From Priapulus caudatus (taxonomy: Eukaryota), in contig NW_014577072.1 of NCBI RefSeq assembly GCF_000485595.1, forward strand, positions 458,433-499,222: a DNA stretch of 40,790 nucleotides, written 5' to 3'. The notes beneath the pieces are model-generated. The model did not search any database, was not told where the DNA came from, and saw only the letters and a program-made list of their open reading frames with translations. Every line of letters starts with the position of its first letter. Within the stretch, counting starts at the first letter, position 1. The position numbers and the translations under genes were made by a program. Of this stretch, positions 1 through 11,996 are shown piece after piece.

Positions 1-438
1 CCGAAACGACATAACATACCATAGCGTTGCTACTTGCGCGTTGGCGGCGAGCATAAAGAAGCATCATATATATACCTGTATATATATTAAATATTAAAAC
101 ATTGAAAACCAGGAATCGTCAATCTACAACAACTTAATATTATCATTGCGAAGATACTGTACTTGCGTTGTATTTGGCCTACGCACTGTGAAAATCAGGT
201 CATTGCCGATTTTAGTTGGCAGCTGAACCTGGCGACATGGCAGCTGTCTGGTTGTTTTGATCAAATTCATCTCAGAAAAACGGCATAACTCAATAAATAA
301 GAGCGCCAGTAGCGCCCAGTTACCGCGAACAAGCAGAGGTTTATAGATTCGTTTGAGGCTATTACATGTGACGCTAGTCTGTGTCGATGGTTGGATACCG
401 AGCCAACTACAAGAATTGTGGGCAAGAATCTGAAACGG

Positions 439-680
439 TATCTAACCCTAGCATACCGTTCTCTGGAGCTAACTGTGACAGTGTGATGATTACTATTACT
501 AACTATCTAGCTGATATGGTTAGGGTTAGTGTTAGGGTTAGGGTTATGGTTAGCTCCAAGAAACGGTATTGCTAGGGTTAGAATACCCTAGCAATGACTA
601 GGTGTATTGACGTTAGTCACACAGCCTGGTCGGGTTAGGTTATGGTTAGAGTTAGGGTAATAGGGTTATGGTTAGGCCAA
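439..680 (-). repeat. Rearranged copy of the TAACCC-bearing repeat family, with a local inverted repeat
   Basis: Arms 439-473 (TATCTAACCCTAGCATACCGTT...GGAGCTAAC) and 549-585; TTAGGG runs; CACAGCCTGGTCGGG is the reverse complement of sequence near 37044. Confidence 0.6.
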
Positions 681-1822
681 AACAAAATATAGGTGTGGTT
701 AACGTTTCCCGACCGACTCTATTTATTCAGAGTGGCTATATGCCCGGCAGCCGGCATATATCTGACGGCTGCCGGGCACGGTCTTCGATTTCCTAAATGC
801 CCAGCAGTTTTTTAATTTTTAGCGTTATTTCAACTAAACAAGTTTTTACCATGTATTACTTACCGATTGATAAAAACCGAGTAATGTCGTAGTTAAGTAT
901 CGTTAAATAAACATCGTATTCGATTCTATTTGAAATCGTGTGCCTAATCGTGACGTAGTTTTGAGAATCTGTGCTGAGCAAATTGTAATGCGTGAAATGG
1001 ATAACCGCCCCGGACGCGTAGCGTGGGAGTTGGGCGTCCGGTAACCGGATGCGTAGCCACTGCGACTGCGTAATTTATTCACTATCATTTTATTATTATT
1101 GAGTCTGAGATAAGTGCCTGTGCATCCGAGTACTAAAACCAGCATCTCTACCCATGTAGCCCTTCACACAGGTAGCGCTACAAAACCAATAACTTTAATA
1201 AGCAATCAAGTAGAATCAAGAAAGAAATGTAATTATGAATCTGATATACATTATTGCACAATACTATGGAAAAAATACCACCGTTATTTTAACGTGTTTA
1301 GCATTCAATCATTAAATTCTATATATGGTATTGTGACCATTGTCTATTGAGATATCACAGACTACACAACACCTGTTACCTAACTACTGCACTGCTGCCA
1401 CTGCACTACTCTTAATGCTGCCAGTGCTGTACCATTCTGATACATTGATTTATCTTGCAGGCAAATGTAATTGCAAACACTGTAAATGTAATGTCTAGAT
1501 ACCTGATGTTCTGCTCATGGAATAGTTAAAACATGGCACGAATCTGATCACGAGAGGCTTCACAAGCAATAGCCCCACTCGTTGAAATAAACAAACTATA
1601 GTCTTGCCATTTTGAAATCAGATATTAACTAGCTCCTACTCCTAGTTACAATTGAACATTAACAAATCGGTATGTAGTACACTTATGAAGAATATTTGAA
1701 CAGAATGTGTTGTTAGAAGCTAGTTAATGTGCTCTGCTCTAATCATATTAACATTTTATTGTTTTTTTCTTCTATTGTCAGTTTAGTGTGTGCCATTTTT
1801 CAGGTAATTTTATCAAGGAATC

Positions 1823-2054
1823 ATGGTTATAGCGATACGGTTAGCACGACATGGGTGTACCAACCGGCCGTTCTATCACCTTGTTGCAATCCAGCACAAA
1901 CGAGCAAGAAACTATGAGCCACTTGAACAGATAGGAACATTTGATCCCATGCCAAATGCTGACAATGAGAAACTTGTTGCTGTGAACTTTGAGAGGCTAA
2001 GGTACTGGATGTCACAGGGAGCAAGGTTTTCGAAACCTGCAGCACGATTGCTAG
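1823..2054 (+). CDS. MRPS16: MRPS16 coding exon A (S16 domain)
   Basis: ORF 1823..2149 is S16-like up to ...RLLG; donor AG|GCAAGT at 2055, phase 1. Confidence 0.9.
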
Positions 2055-5000
2055 GCAAGTTTATTCTATTATCACCCTCATTACTTTGCAAGCTAAGTGG
2101 CTGGGAATTATGGGAGGGGATATGTGTCAAAATTCAAACGTTCAATTGATCGATTGATTGTTTAATTAAACAGTCAATTTAATCATTCAAACGTTCAATT
2201 GATCGATTGATTGTTTAATTGAACAGTCAATTTAATCATTCAAACGTTCAATTGATCGATTGATTGTTCAATTGAACAGTCAATTTAATCATTCAAACGT
2301 TCAGTTGATCGATTGATTGTTCAATTGAACAGTCAATTTAATCATTCAAAACAAATTCAATTGAGCAATTAATAATATGAATTGCCAATAATCAGATGAA
2401 TAGGCTATTGAATCATGGAAATGTTGAAGCAATCGTCCGCAGGCTCGTATATCGCCAAATTAAAACCCACATGCCAAGATAAGAGACATGACGGAAACGT
2501 GGTAGCACGTACGTTGCTAGAAAGCAATCGCCGCCAACGTTTCCCAGCTAAGTGTGCTGTACCCGCGTTTACGTGCGTTACCCGCGTTACGATGCGTGCC
2601 ACTGTGCGTGGTACCCCCGCATCACTGTGCGTGTACCTGCCGTGTACCAGCGTGTACGTTGCGTGACCGCCGTGTACAGTATGCGTGTACGTGCGTGCAC
2701 GTCTGCGTGCTACGCGTGCACCATGCCGTGTAACCCGCGTGTACGCTGCGAGTACTCGCGTGTACGTGGCGTGTACCTGCGGTACATCGTGTACCTGCGT
2801 AATACGCCGCGTGTGCGGCGCGATCTCACGTGTACCCGCATGTACCCGGGATGTACGTGCGTGTACCCGCGCGCGGACTGCGTAGCGCTGCACGTACAGC
2901 GGCGTACACGCACGTACACGCGGTGCGCAGCGCAAGTGCACGCGGGTACACGCACGGCACGCACGGTACAGTGCAGCGTGCACGCCAACGTACGCGCACG
3001 TCACACGCGGTACACGCAGTACACGCGGGTACACGACACATACACGCGCGGCGTTACACGCACGTAACAACGACAGTACAGCGGTAGTGCACCACGTGCA
3101 CGCGGGTACACGCAACGTGCCACACACCGTACACGCAGGCAGACTCGTGCACTGCGCAGACGCCCACACAGCACGTACACGCGGGTACACGCACGGTACA
3201 CGGCGGGTACACGCCTCGTAACACGCATGTACCACGCACGTCAGCGCACGTAACACGCAGTACACGCCGTACACGCACTACACCAGCGGGTACAAGCACG
3301 TACACTCACGTACTACGGCCGGTACACCACGCGGGTACACGCAGGTAACACGCAAGGGTACACGCACTACATATGGGAGGGGATATGTGCTCAAAAATCA
3401 AGACGTTCAATTGATCGATTCGATTTGTTTAATTTGAACAGCTCAACTTTAATCATGCAAACGTTCATTGATCGATTGATTGTTCAATTGAACAGTCATT
3501 AATCATTCAAACGTTCCAATTGATCAATTTGTTGTCAATTGAACAATACAATTTTAATCATTCATACATTCAATTGAACAATCATTAATCATTCAATCAT
3601 TCAATCTACATCAATTATTCACAAATTCAATGAACAATCAATTTAATCATTCACACATTCAATTGAACAATGCAATTTAAATACATATACAACAATTTAC
3701 CAATTCAACAGAGAACAATCCAATTTAATCATTCAAACATCCAATTGCAGCATTAAATAGATGAATTGCCAAATTGAATCAATGAATAGGCGTATTGATA
3801 TCATGGAATGGAGCAATACGCTAGAGGCCCGCCGATATATCGCCAAATTAAACGCACCATGCCGCAGAGATAAGAGACATGACGGAAAACGTAGTAGCAC
3901 GTACGTTAGCTCAGAAACGCAATCGGCCAACGTTCCGCCAGCAAGGTGAATGTACCCGACGTTTTACGTGCGTGACCGTGTACGTGCGTTCGTTCGTGTA
4001 CGTGCGGTACCCAGGTGCACGTGCGTGTGACCCGCTGTACGTCGGGTGACGCGTGCTAGTGCGTGTACGCGTTAAGTGCCGTGCACCGTGCGTGTACCCC
4101 GTGCCACCTGCGCATTGCTACGCCGGTTTAACGGTGCGAGTAGCTTCGCAGCTGTACGTGCGTGCTTATCTGCGTGTACACTGGCGTGTACGTGGCGTGT
4201 ACCCGCTGTGTGCGGCGTGTATCTTCCGTAGTACCCGCATTGACGCGCTGTGTACGGCGTGTACCGCGCACACGTGGTGTACCCGCGCGCACGTGCGTGC
4301 ACGGTAACCGCCGGCGTACGTGTGCGTGCACGTACACGCGCGGTACACGCACGTACACGCGGCGGTACACAAGCAAGTACACCGCGGTCGTGCACGCACG
4401 TGCACGGTGGTACACGCACGTAACACCGCAACGTACACGCACGTACGCGCACGTACACGCGGGTACACGCACGTACACGCACGTACAGCGCGGTACACCA
4501 CGTACACGCGAGTACACAACCAAGTACACAGCGGGGCACGGTCACGCTGCAGCGCGGAACACGCACGTGCACGGCACGTACACGCACAGTTGCACGCACA
4601 GTACGCGCACATTACCAGGCGGGGTACACGGGGTACCGACGTCTGTACACGCCATGTACACGCACGTACACGTGGTAAACGCAGTAACACGCACGTACAG
4701 CGGCGTACACGCAGCAGTACACGTCGGGTACACGCACATACACTCACGTAAATTGTCACGTTTGTTCCACGTAAATGTTTGTTCAATTGAATGTTTGAAT
4801 GCATTAATTGATTGATTCAATTGAATGTTTGAATTGATTAATGATTGTTCAATTAATGACATTAGAATGATTAAATTGATTGTTCAAATTGAAATGTTTG
4901 ATGATTAAATGATTGTTCAATTGACAATCAATGTTCTCATTGCATGACTTGAATGAATTAAATTGATTGTTCAATTGAATGTTTGAATGATTAAATTGAT

Positions 5001-7837
5001 TGTTCATTGAAATGTTTGGAATGCATTAAATTGATTGTTCAATTGAATGTTTGAATGATTAAAGTTGATTGTTCAATTGAGATGTTTGAAATATTAAATT
5101 GCATTGTTCATTGAATTGTTTGAATGATTTAAAATGATTGTTCAATTGCAAAACAAAACGCACGTACACGCGAGGTACACGCACGTACACGCGGGTACAG
5201 CTCGTACACGCCATGTACACGCACGTCACGCCGGTACACAGCACACGCTACACGCACGTACACGGCACGGTACACAGCGGGTACACGCACGTAAAACATC
5301 ACGCTAACACCGGCGGAGACCACGCACAGTACACGCGTACCGCACTACACGCACCGTAACACCCGTTACATAAGTGGAGGGATATTTGTCAAATTCAAAC
5401 GTTCAATTGATCGATTGATTGTTTTAATTGAACACGAGTCAATTTAAATCATGCAAACGTTCAATTGATCGATTGATTGTTCAATTGAACAGTCAATTAA
5501 TCATTCAAACGTTCATTGATCATGAATTGTTCAATTTGAAGCAATCAATTTTAATCATTCAAACATTCAATGAACAATCAATTGTATCATTCAATCATCA
5601 ACTTGAACAATCAATTTAATTCAGTTCAAACATTTCATTGAACATCATTTAATCATTCAAACATTCAATTGAACATATCAAATTTAATCATTCAAACATT
5701 CATTGAACAATCATTTAATCATTCAAACATTCATGAGCATAAATAATGAATTGGCCAAATTGAATCAATTGAATAGCGTATGAATCAGGCAATGGAGCAC
5801 ATCGCCGAGGCCCCGCTATATCGCCAAATTAATACCCACATGCCGCAGAGAAGATAAGAGACATGCGGAAAACGTCGGTAGCCACGTACGTTGCTAGAAA
5901 CGCAATCGGCGACAACGTCCCCAGCTAAGTGTGTGATACCCGCGTTACGTGCGTGTACCCGCGTGTACGTGGCGTGTACTGCGGCACGTGCGTGTACCCC
6001 AGCGTGCACGTTGGCTGTACCGCCTTGTACGTGCGTGTACCCGCGTGTACGTCGTGCACGTTGCGTGTACCCGTCACTGGGATCGCATCGTGTACCCCGG
6101 TGTACTGTGCGAGTACTCGCTGTGGTAACGTTGCGTGTATCTGCGTGTCCTGCGTGTACGTGCGTGACGCCAGCGTGTGCGGGCGTGTATCTACCGATGT
6201 ACCCGCATGTACGTCGCGTGTGACGTGCGTGTAACCGCGCCACACCCGTGCGTGTACCCGCGCGCACGTGCGTGCACGGTACACGCGGGTTACGTGCGTG
6301 TCGCTACACGCGGGTACATCGCAGCGTACACGCCGAGTCACAAGCATAAACGGGCAATCACTACGCGAGGGCTTACGCACGCGCACCCGTACACGCACCG
6401 TACAGCACGTATCGCGCACGTACGCGCGGCGTACACGCACGTACACTCACGTACACGCGGGTACACGACGCACGTACACGCGAGTACACAAGCAAGTTAC
6501 ACAGCCGGGTGCACGCACGTGGCAACGCGGGTACCACGCACCGTGCACGCACGTCACGCACTGGCAGCACGTCACGCGCACAATACACCGCGGTACAACA
6601 GCGGGTACGCGCTCGTACACACATGTACACGCACAGTACACGTGGGTAAACCACGTACACGCACACGTACACGCGGCGTACACGCACGTACACGCGGGTA
6701 CAGCGCGACATACACTCACGTAAATTGTCACGTTATGTCACGTAAATGATTGTTCAATGAATGTTTGAATGATTAAATTGATGATTCCAATTGAATGTTT
6801 GAATGCATTAATTGTATGTTCAAATTGAAGATTGAATGATTAAATGTGATTGTTCAATTGCAATGGTTTGATGTTAAATGATTGTTCAATTGACACAATC
6901 AATTGCTGCATTGAATGTTGAATGATTAAATTGATTGTTCAATTGAATGTTGTGAAATGCATTAAACTTATTGTTCAGCATTGAATGTTTTGATGATTTA
7001 ATTGATTGTTCAATGAATTGTTGAATGATTAAATTGATTGCTTTCAATTGAAGTTTGAATGATTAAATTGATTGTCAATGAATGTTGTGCAATGATTAAA
7101 TTGATTGTTCAATATGAACAATCAAATTGGATCATTAGTAATCAATTGACAATTGATACATTACATCAATTGAACGTTTGAATGATTAATTGTGACTGTT
7201 CAATTGAACAATCAAATCGATCAATTTGAAACAATCAATCGAATAATTGAATGTTGAATGATTACATTGACTGTTTAATTGAAACATGCAATCGAAAATT
7301 GAATGTTTTTGAATGATTAAATTGACTGTTCAATTGAACAATCAATCGATCAACTGAACGTTTGAATGATTAAATTGACTGTTCAATTGAACAATCAATC
7401 GATCAATTGAATGTTTGAATGATTAAATTGACTGTTCAATTGAACGTTTGAATTTTGACACATATCCCCTCCCATAGGGAATGTCATGCGCGACGTTGTT
7501 TTACATATAATGTCAATATAATTTGAAATGAGGAAATTTGTGGTGATAGGCACTTTGGTCAGTCGTGTGCTATTTATACTATGCATGCTGTAGTATTGTA
7601 GTTTTTAATTTTTATGAGGAGCATGCATAAAATATATTTATATATATATTGTGTGTATATATATTATATATATATATATATATCAGATCCATAAGATTAT
7701 AACAATTTCTTCTTACAGGGGTTAGTGGGTTTCTTCCTGTGCACCCCTACAGTTATGTAGCAGCCTTGCGCAATACACGAATATTGGAAGCAAAGACACA
7801 GGATCAAAGTGTAGAGGCAAGCAATGATACATCATGA
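1823..7837 (+). CDS. MRPS16: Mitochondrial ribosomal protein S16 (bS16m), spliced gene: join(1823..2054,7719..7837)
   Basis: MVIAIRLARHGCTNRPFYHLVA...EQIGTFDPMPNADNEKLVAVNFERLRYW...KPAARLLG|VSGFLPVHPYSY matches the S16 family and metazoan MRPS16 (GCTNRPFY, YDPLPN..GEKLVALN, LLGLAGFFPLHP). An upstream exon cannot be excluded. Confidence 0.93.
2130..2365. repeat. 53-bp subterminal tandem repeat (AATCATTCAAACGTTCAATTGATCGATTGATTGTTCAATTGAACAGTCAATTT)n
   Basis: About 4 clean units; degenerate arrays near 3400-3760 and 5395-5740; inverted arrays near 4780-5150 and 6750-7450. Confidence 0.9.
2555..3370. repeat. CpG-rich GTACACGC/GCGTGTAC array, first half inverted relative to second half
   Basis: CGTGTACCCGCGTGTACGTG units switch to GTACACGCGGGTACACGCAC near 2890; the pattern recurs near 3950-4750, 5160-5370 and 5930-6720. 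Confidence 0.88.
7719..7837 (+). CDS. MRPS16: MRPS16 terminal coding exon
   Basis: Acceptor tttcttcttacag at 7718; (G)VSGFLPVHPYSYVAALRNTRILEAKTQDQSVEASNDTS, TGA at 7835-7837. Confidence 0.88.
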
Positions 7838-8527
7838 CCACTGAATGCTCACTGCCCAGTAAATATGATTGAACACAGTAACGATTTCATTAGATGGTCA
7901 ATGCTTAAAAACTGTCTGTCTGAATCAGTGTATTATAACATAGAACCCTGCAGACATTAAGAATGTCACCCTCCATCTTAGTGTGTCATGTTAGTAGTAT
8001 GTGAAACGCCCTTTCAATATATATGTTAATGATGGTATAGTAATTTAAATTATATAAATCCTATACTTGCTTATAATCTGGCCTCACTCAAGAGCCTAGC
8101 TGATTCATCAGAATATGTTTAATTCCACCAGGTATTGTCAGATGTCTAGTGTTCAATTTACAGTGAAATTGGTCAATCTATAATCATCAGGCAGGTGTCT
8201 GATGTGTGTTGTATGAATGTATAGTTTCTCTGAATTAGAAATAAAATTAAAACTAAAGTTGTCTGACATGTTCTTGTTTGCTGTTTTGCATTCTATATTA
8301 GTCTACACTATTATAAAGCATTGTATTCTTCTTCAATATTGCCTAAAATGGGCTAATACTTGACATTGCTTTAAAATGAGAAGTAAACTTTCTTAAATGT
8401 CGACCATATACATGCTAACTGTCACTAATATTATTAAATACACGCTTTTTTGCTGAAGTAATTAGATGGTAATGGATAACAAGAAATCACACCAAAAATA
8501 TGAAGCTGTTTAAATTTTTTATGTTAA

Positions 8528-9133
8528 AGGGATCGTTTACTCTAGGTTCTAGGGTTATTTTCAGTTAATTTAGGTTAAAATTACGCTAAATAAAAAGTTT
8601 CATGGTTCAATCACCATTAGAAATATTATTAAAAAATGTTTTAAAACTAACTACTACAGTTTGATTACATTTACAACGACGGTGGCGCCACTCAAAGCGC
8701 ACGATCTGATGAGTTGCGTAAAACCACTTTTTAGCCAAAGTCTACAGACCGAGGGTGTTTCTTATTTATTAATTTAAAAGCAAAAGGATTGTAATATCTT
8801 ATAAACGACATATAGTTTCAGTTATAATATGGATAGATTTGCCCTAAAATGAATATCGTTTGGTTAAATAGCATTTATGTATAAATATAATTGCACTTTT
8901 GTGATTAGCCCTCGGTCTGTAACGTGCAAAATAAATTGTCAAATACGCACAACTTTTTCGGGGTGGCAGCACGGTCGCGGTTGTCATGGCGCCGTTCAAA
9001 TTTCGTAGCGTTGATGTGTAAGTAATTATAACAATTAAATTATGTATCTGGTAACAAATACGTGTGGGTATAGACGATTTGTTATACAGTAAGTACAGTT
9101 GTATGTAGTAAAATCCTATAGTCTACTATCCCT
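8528..9133. mobile_element. Kolobok-like non-autonomous element upstream of ARMC6
   Basis: TTAA|AGGGATCGTTTACT ... AGTCTACTATCCCT|TTAA (11 of 14 TIR positions match, TTAA on both flanks). Confidence 0.5.
8745..8919. mobile_element. TA-flanked MITE nested in the Kolobok-like element
   Basis: TA|CAGACCGAGGG ... CCCTCGGTCTG|TA. Confidence 0.65.
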
Positions 9134-9238
9134 TTAATGAATGCTCAACATCTGAAATGTGATATCCCACTTTCGTCGAACCGTGAGCTGAACACTGGGC
9201 ATCTTCCAGTTTCAGCCAGCAGAAAGAAGAACATAGTA

Positions 9239-9361
9239 ATGGCAGGAATGAAGAGGATAACGCAAGAGACATTTGATGATGTTGTGAAAGAGAACGAGGA
9301 TGAATTCGAAATGGAACACCAGGAGGCAGTTGAAGATGCTATCAAACAGTTCACATCGCAG
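9239..9361 (+). CDS. ARMC6: ARMC6 coding exon 1
   Basis: MAGMKRITQETFDD...FTSQ, donor gtgaga. Confidence 0.9.
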
Positions 9362-11996
9362 GTGAGAGTGATGCATGAATAGACAGCATGTTTTTTTCTT
9401 GTTATCTGGGGAGGTAAACCGACAAAGCAGGTTATATCTTATGCATTATATATCGACTGTATATCTATGTGTGCGGGCATGCATGTGTACGTGAACGAGT
9501 GTGTGTACGGGCATGCGTTTGTATGTGAACAAGTGTGTGTGTGGGCATGCATGTGTATGTGAACGATCGAGTGTGTATGCATGTTCATGCTTTTTGGCAA
9601 AGATGGGTTTAGACTATCCAGTATCCAGGTTATTCATTATTCATCTTAATACGATTTCTTAACGCACTTATTAGCTCTTGATGCTATTATTAAAAAAAAA
9701 TTTCATGATGTTATCAGGATGTTATCATAGTATCATGAGTAAATAACCACAAATTTGTGATTATGTACTTCACATAGTATCCTTCATAAAAGTAGTTAGT
9801 TGCTCTAAATATCACTGCATTAATTACCGATGTGAAATATATTACCTGTACATGCATGACCGATGTGTATATGGTGAAGTAGCTGCTAATTTGTGTGCGT
9901 GTATTTTATTTTCAAGGGAATAGACCTGACCAATATTATCACAACATTTCAAGGCAACAATGGCGGTGGTAATGACGACCATAAAAAGCCGTTGCTCAAT
10001 GCCATCAGTGAATTGTCCTCTGCTCTTTCGGCACAACCTGAAGACGAACAGCATGTCGCTAGCCTACTCAGCACTATACGCTCAAAGTGTGAGATTGATA
10101 TAGCTCATCGATGCTATGCGGGAAACAATGGTGCTTATCCTTCTCTGGTGCTCTGCTGTCAAAAATACTCGGATAATGCGGCCATATTTGAGCAGGCTTT
10201 GGAGACTGTGACAGCCCTGCTGACAGGGCAGCCCGATCTTGTCGACTCCGATTTTGTAGAATATCTCGTGAAGCAGCTACAGCTGGACAAGCATGCACCT
10301 GACGTTGTATGTCAGCTTCTTGCTGTCATCACACAGAGCTGCATAATGCACGAGGCAAACCGGCAGAAGTTTGTCAGCTCTGCATTGATACCCGCACTGT
10401 TCAACACAATGGGTGCATATGGCAGAGTGCCGATGGTAGTTCGGAGTGTGTGCATCGCAGTCAAGACTCTCACACTCGATGACGACATTAGGGTTCCATT
10501 TGGTAAAGCACATGACACCTGCAGGAGTATCGTTGAGGATGCCTGTTCACTAGATCTACTTCTAAATGCTGCTACTGGTGAGTGCAGAACCCTGTATATA
10601 AACAGTTGGATTCAAAATGCAAGATCCTCTAATCTATTATTGATGTTTACTATGTCTTCTAACCTGTACATAAATATTGTTTTCAGAACATAGACAAGAC
10701 AAAGAAACGCTTGCAGAGGTGTTAGGAACCCTTGCCATACTTGCTGTGCGAAATGAGTACTGTCAGCATATAGTGGACATGGGTGGGCTGAAACTATGCT
10801 ATAGTGTTTTGCTGGACAGCATAGATGATCAGGTATAAATGGCCTAGACTGACATAGTAACTAGCAAAATACCAAATTATTTTTTTTATTATGCAGAGTG
10901 CGGGTTCATACTGCGTGAAACTCTATGCAAATTTATCGCAATAAAAATACGTGTGCTGGTAATTAATACTAGTTTTTTTGTTCATGTTTTAAATCAGATA
11001 CTAGTGAAACAGGCAGTGAACTTAATAAAGGCAGCATCAGGAAATGACAACGTGAAGGTATTTCAACATTATAATATGATCTATCACCAACACCCTATTT
11101 ATCAATCATCTAACCAGGAACTACATATATGCAAAATTGGTTTCAGTTAGATGTATGTAAAAAGATGAAATTATATATATATATATAAGGTAAAACTAGG
11201 ATAAGGTAGGATAGGAAGGTATAACTAGGATTTGGTAATGTTTGGTATTGTTTTAACTTTTAACTACTGCATTCACTTGTTTTTTTAATGAACTAGCAGA
11301 ATTTTATAATAATATTGCTCGAATGAAGTAATACTATTAACAGGATGAGGTCGTCAAGACTGGTGGAGTGAGTCTTCTACTCCAGGTGCCCAACAGTCAT
11401 GGCGGAAGTACACAGCTCTGTGAGTGTGTATGTGCTGCACTAGCTACGCTCGCCCTACGCAACCCCGACCACGCCGACCTGATTGTCCGTGCTGGTGGTG
11501 CAGAAGTAGTAGTGCAGTGCATGAAGAACCATCCTGCGCATAATGGAGTGCAGGTCAGTTAGCCTACATGTGATATAGTGGTTTTGTACAGTTTACTAGG
11601 TTAATGAGCACAGCAGTTTTAAATTATTGTGTGATGTTGCAATGTATGCAGATTACTATAGTATGCACATCCTGAAGAAAACATGTAGGTATGGTACCCA
11701 AGTTTTTTCAGATTTAATCATTATTTTAGCATTATAATTCCATATATTTTAGTGGTTTTTTTCCTTGGCTTTGTGTTTAGAAGCAAGCGTGTATGGCCCT
11801 TCGTAACTTCGTAGCTCGTGTCAGGCAGCACAAAGAGCACATACTGGAGCTGGGAGCTGAAAGTCTGTTACGACGTGACTTGACACTACCAAGTTGTCAG
11901 GACGAGGCTAAAGCAGCCCTGCGCGATCTTGATTGCCAGGTTGTGCTCAATGAGATATGGAAGGGTACAGGAAAAGAGCTGCAACGAGATTACTGA
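9239..11996 (+). CDS. ARMC6: Armadillo repeat-containing protein 6, spliced gene: join(9239..9361,9917..10577,10687..10832,10998..11057,11344..11553,11781..11996), about 471 aa
   Basis: N-terminus KRITQETFDDVVKEN.EF.M...EAVEDAIKQF.SQGIDL.NI, internal TLDDDIRVPFGKAHD and LAVRNEYCQ.IVDMGGL, C-terminal AKAALRDL.C.V.L.E.W.G are ARMC6 hallmarks. All introns are GT-AG with consistent phases. Confidence 0.95.
9467..9582. repeat. About 32-bp tandem repeat (GTGTGTGCGGGCATGCATGTGTACGTGAACGA)x3-4
   Basis: Visible degenerate units in the first ARMC6 coding intron. Confidence 0.7.
9917..10577 (+). CDS. ARMC6: ARMC6 coding exon 2
   Basis: Acceptor ttcaag, GIDLTNII...LLNAAT, donor gtgagt. Confidence 0.93.
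10687..10832 (+). CDS. ARMC6: ARMC6 coding exon 3
   Basis: Acceptor tttcag, EHRQDKETLAEVLGTLAILAVRNEYCQHIVDMGGLKLCYSVLLDSIDDQ, donor gtataa. Confidence 0.9.
10998..11057 (+). CDS. ARMC6: ARMC6 coding exon 4
   Basis: Acceptor aatcag, ILVKQAVNLIKAASGNDNVK, donor gtattt. Confidence 0.87.
11344..11553 (+). CDS. ARMC6: ARMC6 coding exon 5
   Basis: Acceptor aacag, DEVVKTGGV...ALRNPDHA...HNGVQ, donor gtcagt. Confidence 0.9.
11781..11996 (+). CDS. ARMC6: ARMC6 coding exon 6 (terminal)
   Basis: Acceptor gtttag, KQACMALRNFVAR...AKAALRDLDC...QRDY then TGA. Confidence 0.92.
   Translation, partial: KQACMALRNFVARVRQHKEHILELGAESLLRRDLTLPSCQDEAKAALRDLDCQVVLNEIWKGTGKELQRDY

Larger units (their letters stand above)
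2109..7476. mobile_element. Non-autonomous fold-back DNA transposon, IS3EU-like, filling the MRPS16 intron (about 3 nested or tandem internal copies)
   Basis: Perfect TIR TATGGGAGGGGATATGTGTCAAAATTCAAACGTTCAATTGA at 2109 with its reverse complement ending at 7476; 6-bp direct repeat GGGAAT at 2103-2108 and 7477-7482; subterminal 53-bp satellite; internal GTACACGC arrays; no transposase ORF. Confidence 0.8.

Noticed and set aside
115..270. 48-codon minus-strand ORF (MNLIKTTRQLPC...)
   Set aside because: No recognisable similarity and no supported splice pattern.
1823..2149. Bacterial rpsP by horizontal transfer or contamination
   Set aside because: It has an intron, metazoan MRPS16 motifs and a C-terminal tail.
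2130..2365. CRISPR-like periodic repeats (also 16911-17205)
   Set aside because: The units are contiguous with no unique spacers, there are no cas genes, and the context is a eukaryotic intron.
2405..6749. Many overlapping R/V/T/H/C-rich ORFs up to 289 aa
   Set aside because: They are by-products of the stop-poor GTACACGC array, open on both strands, with no domain or transposase motifs.
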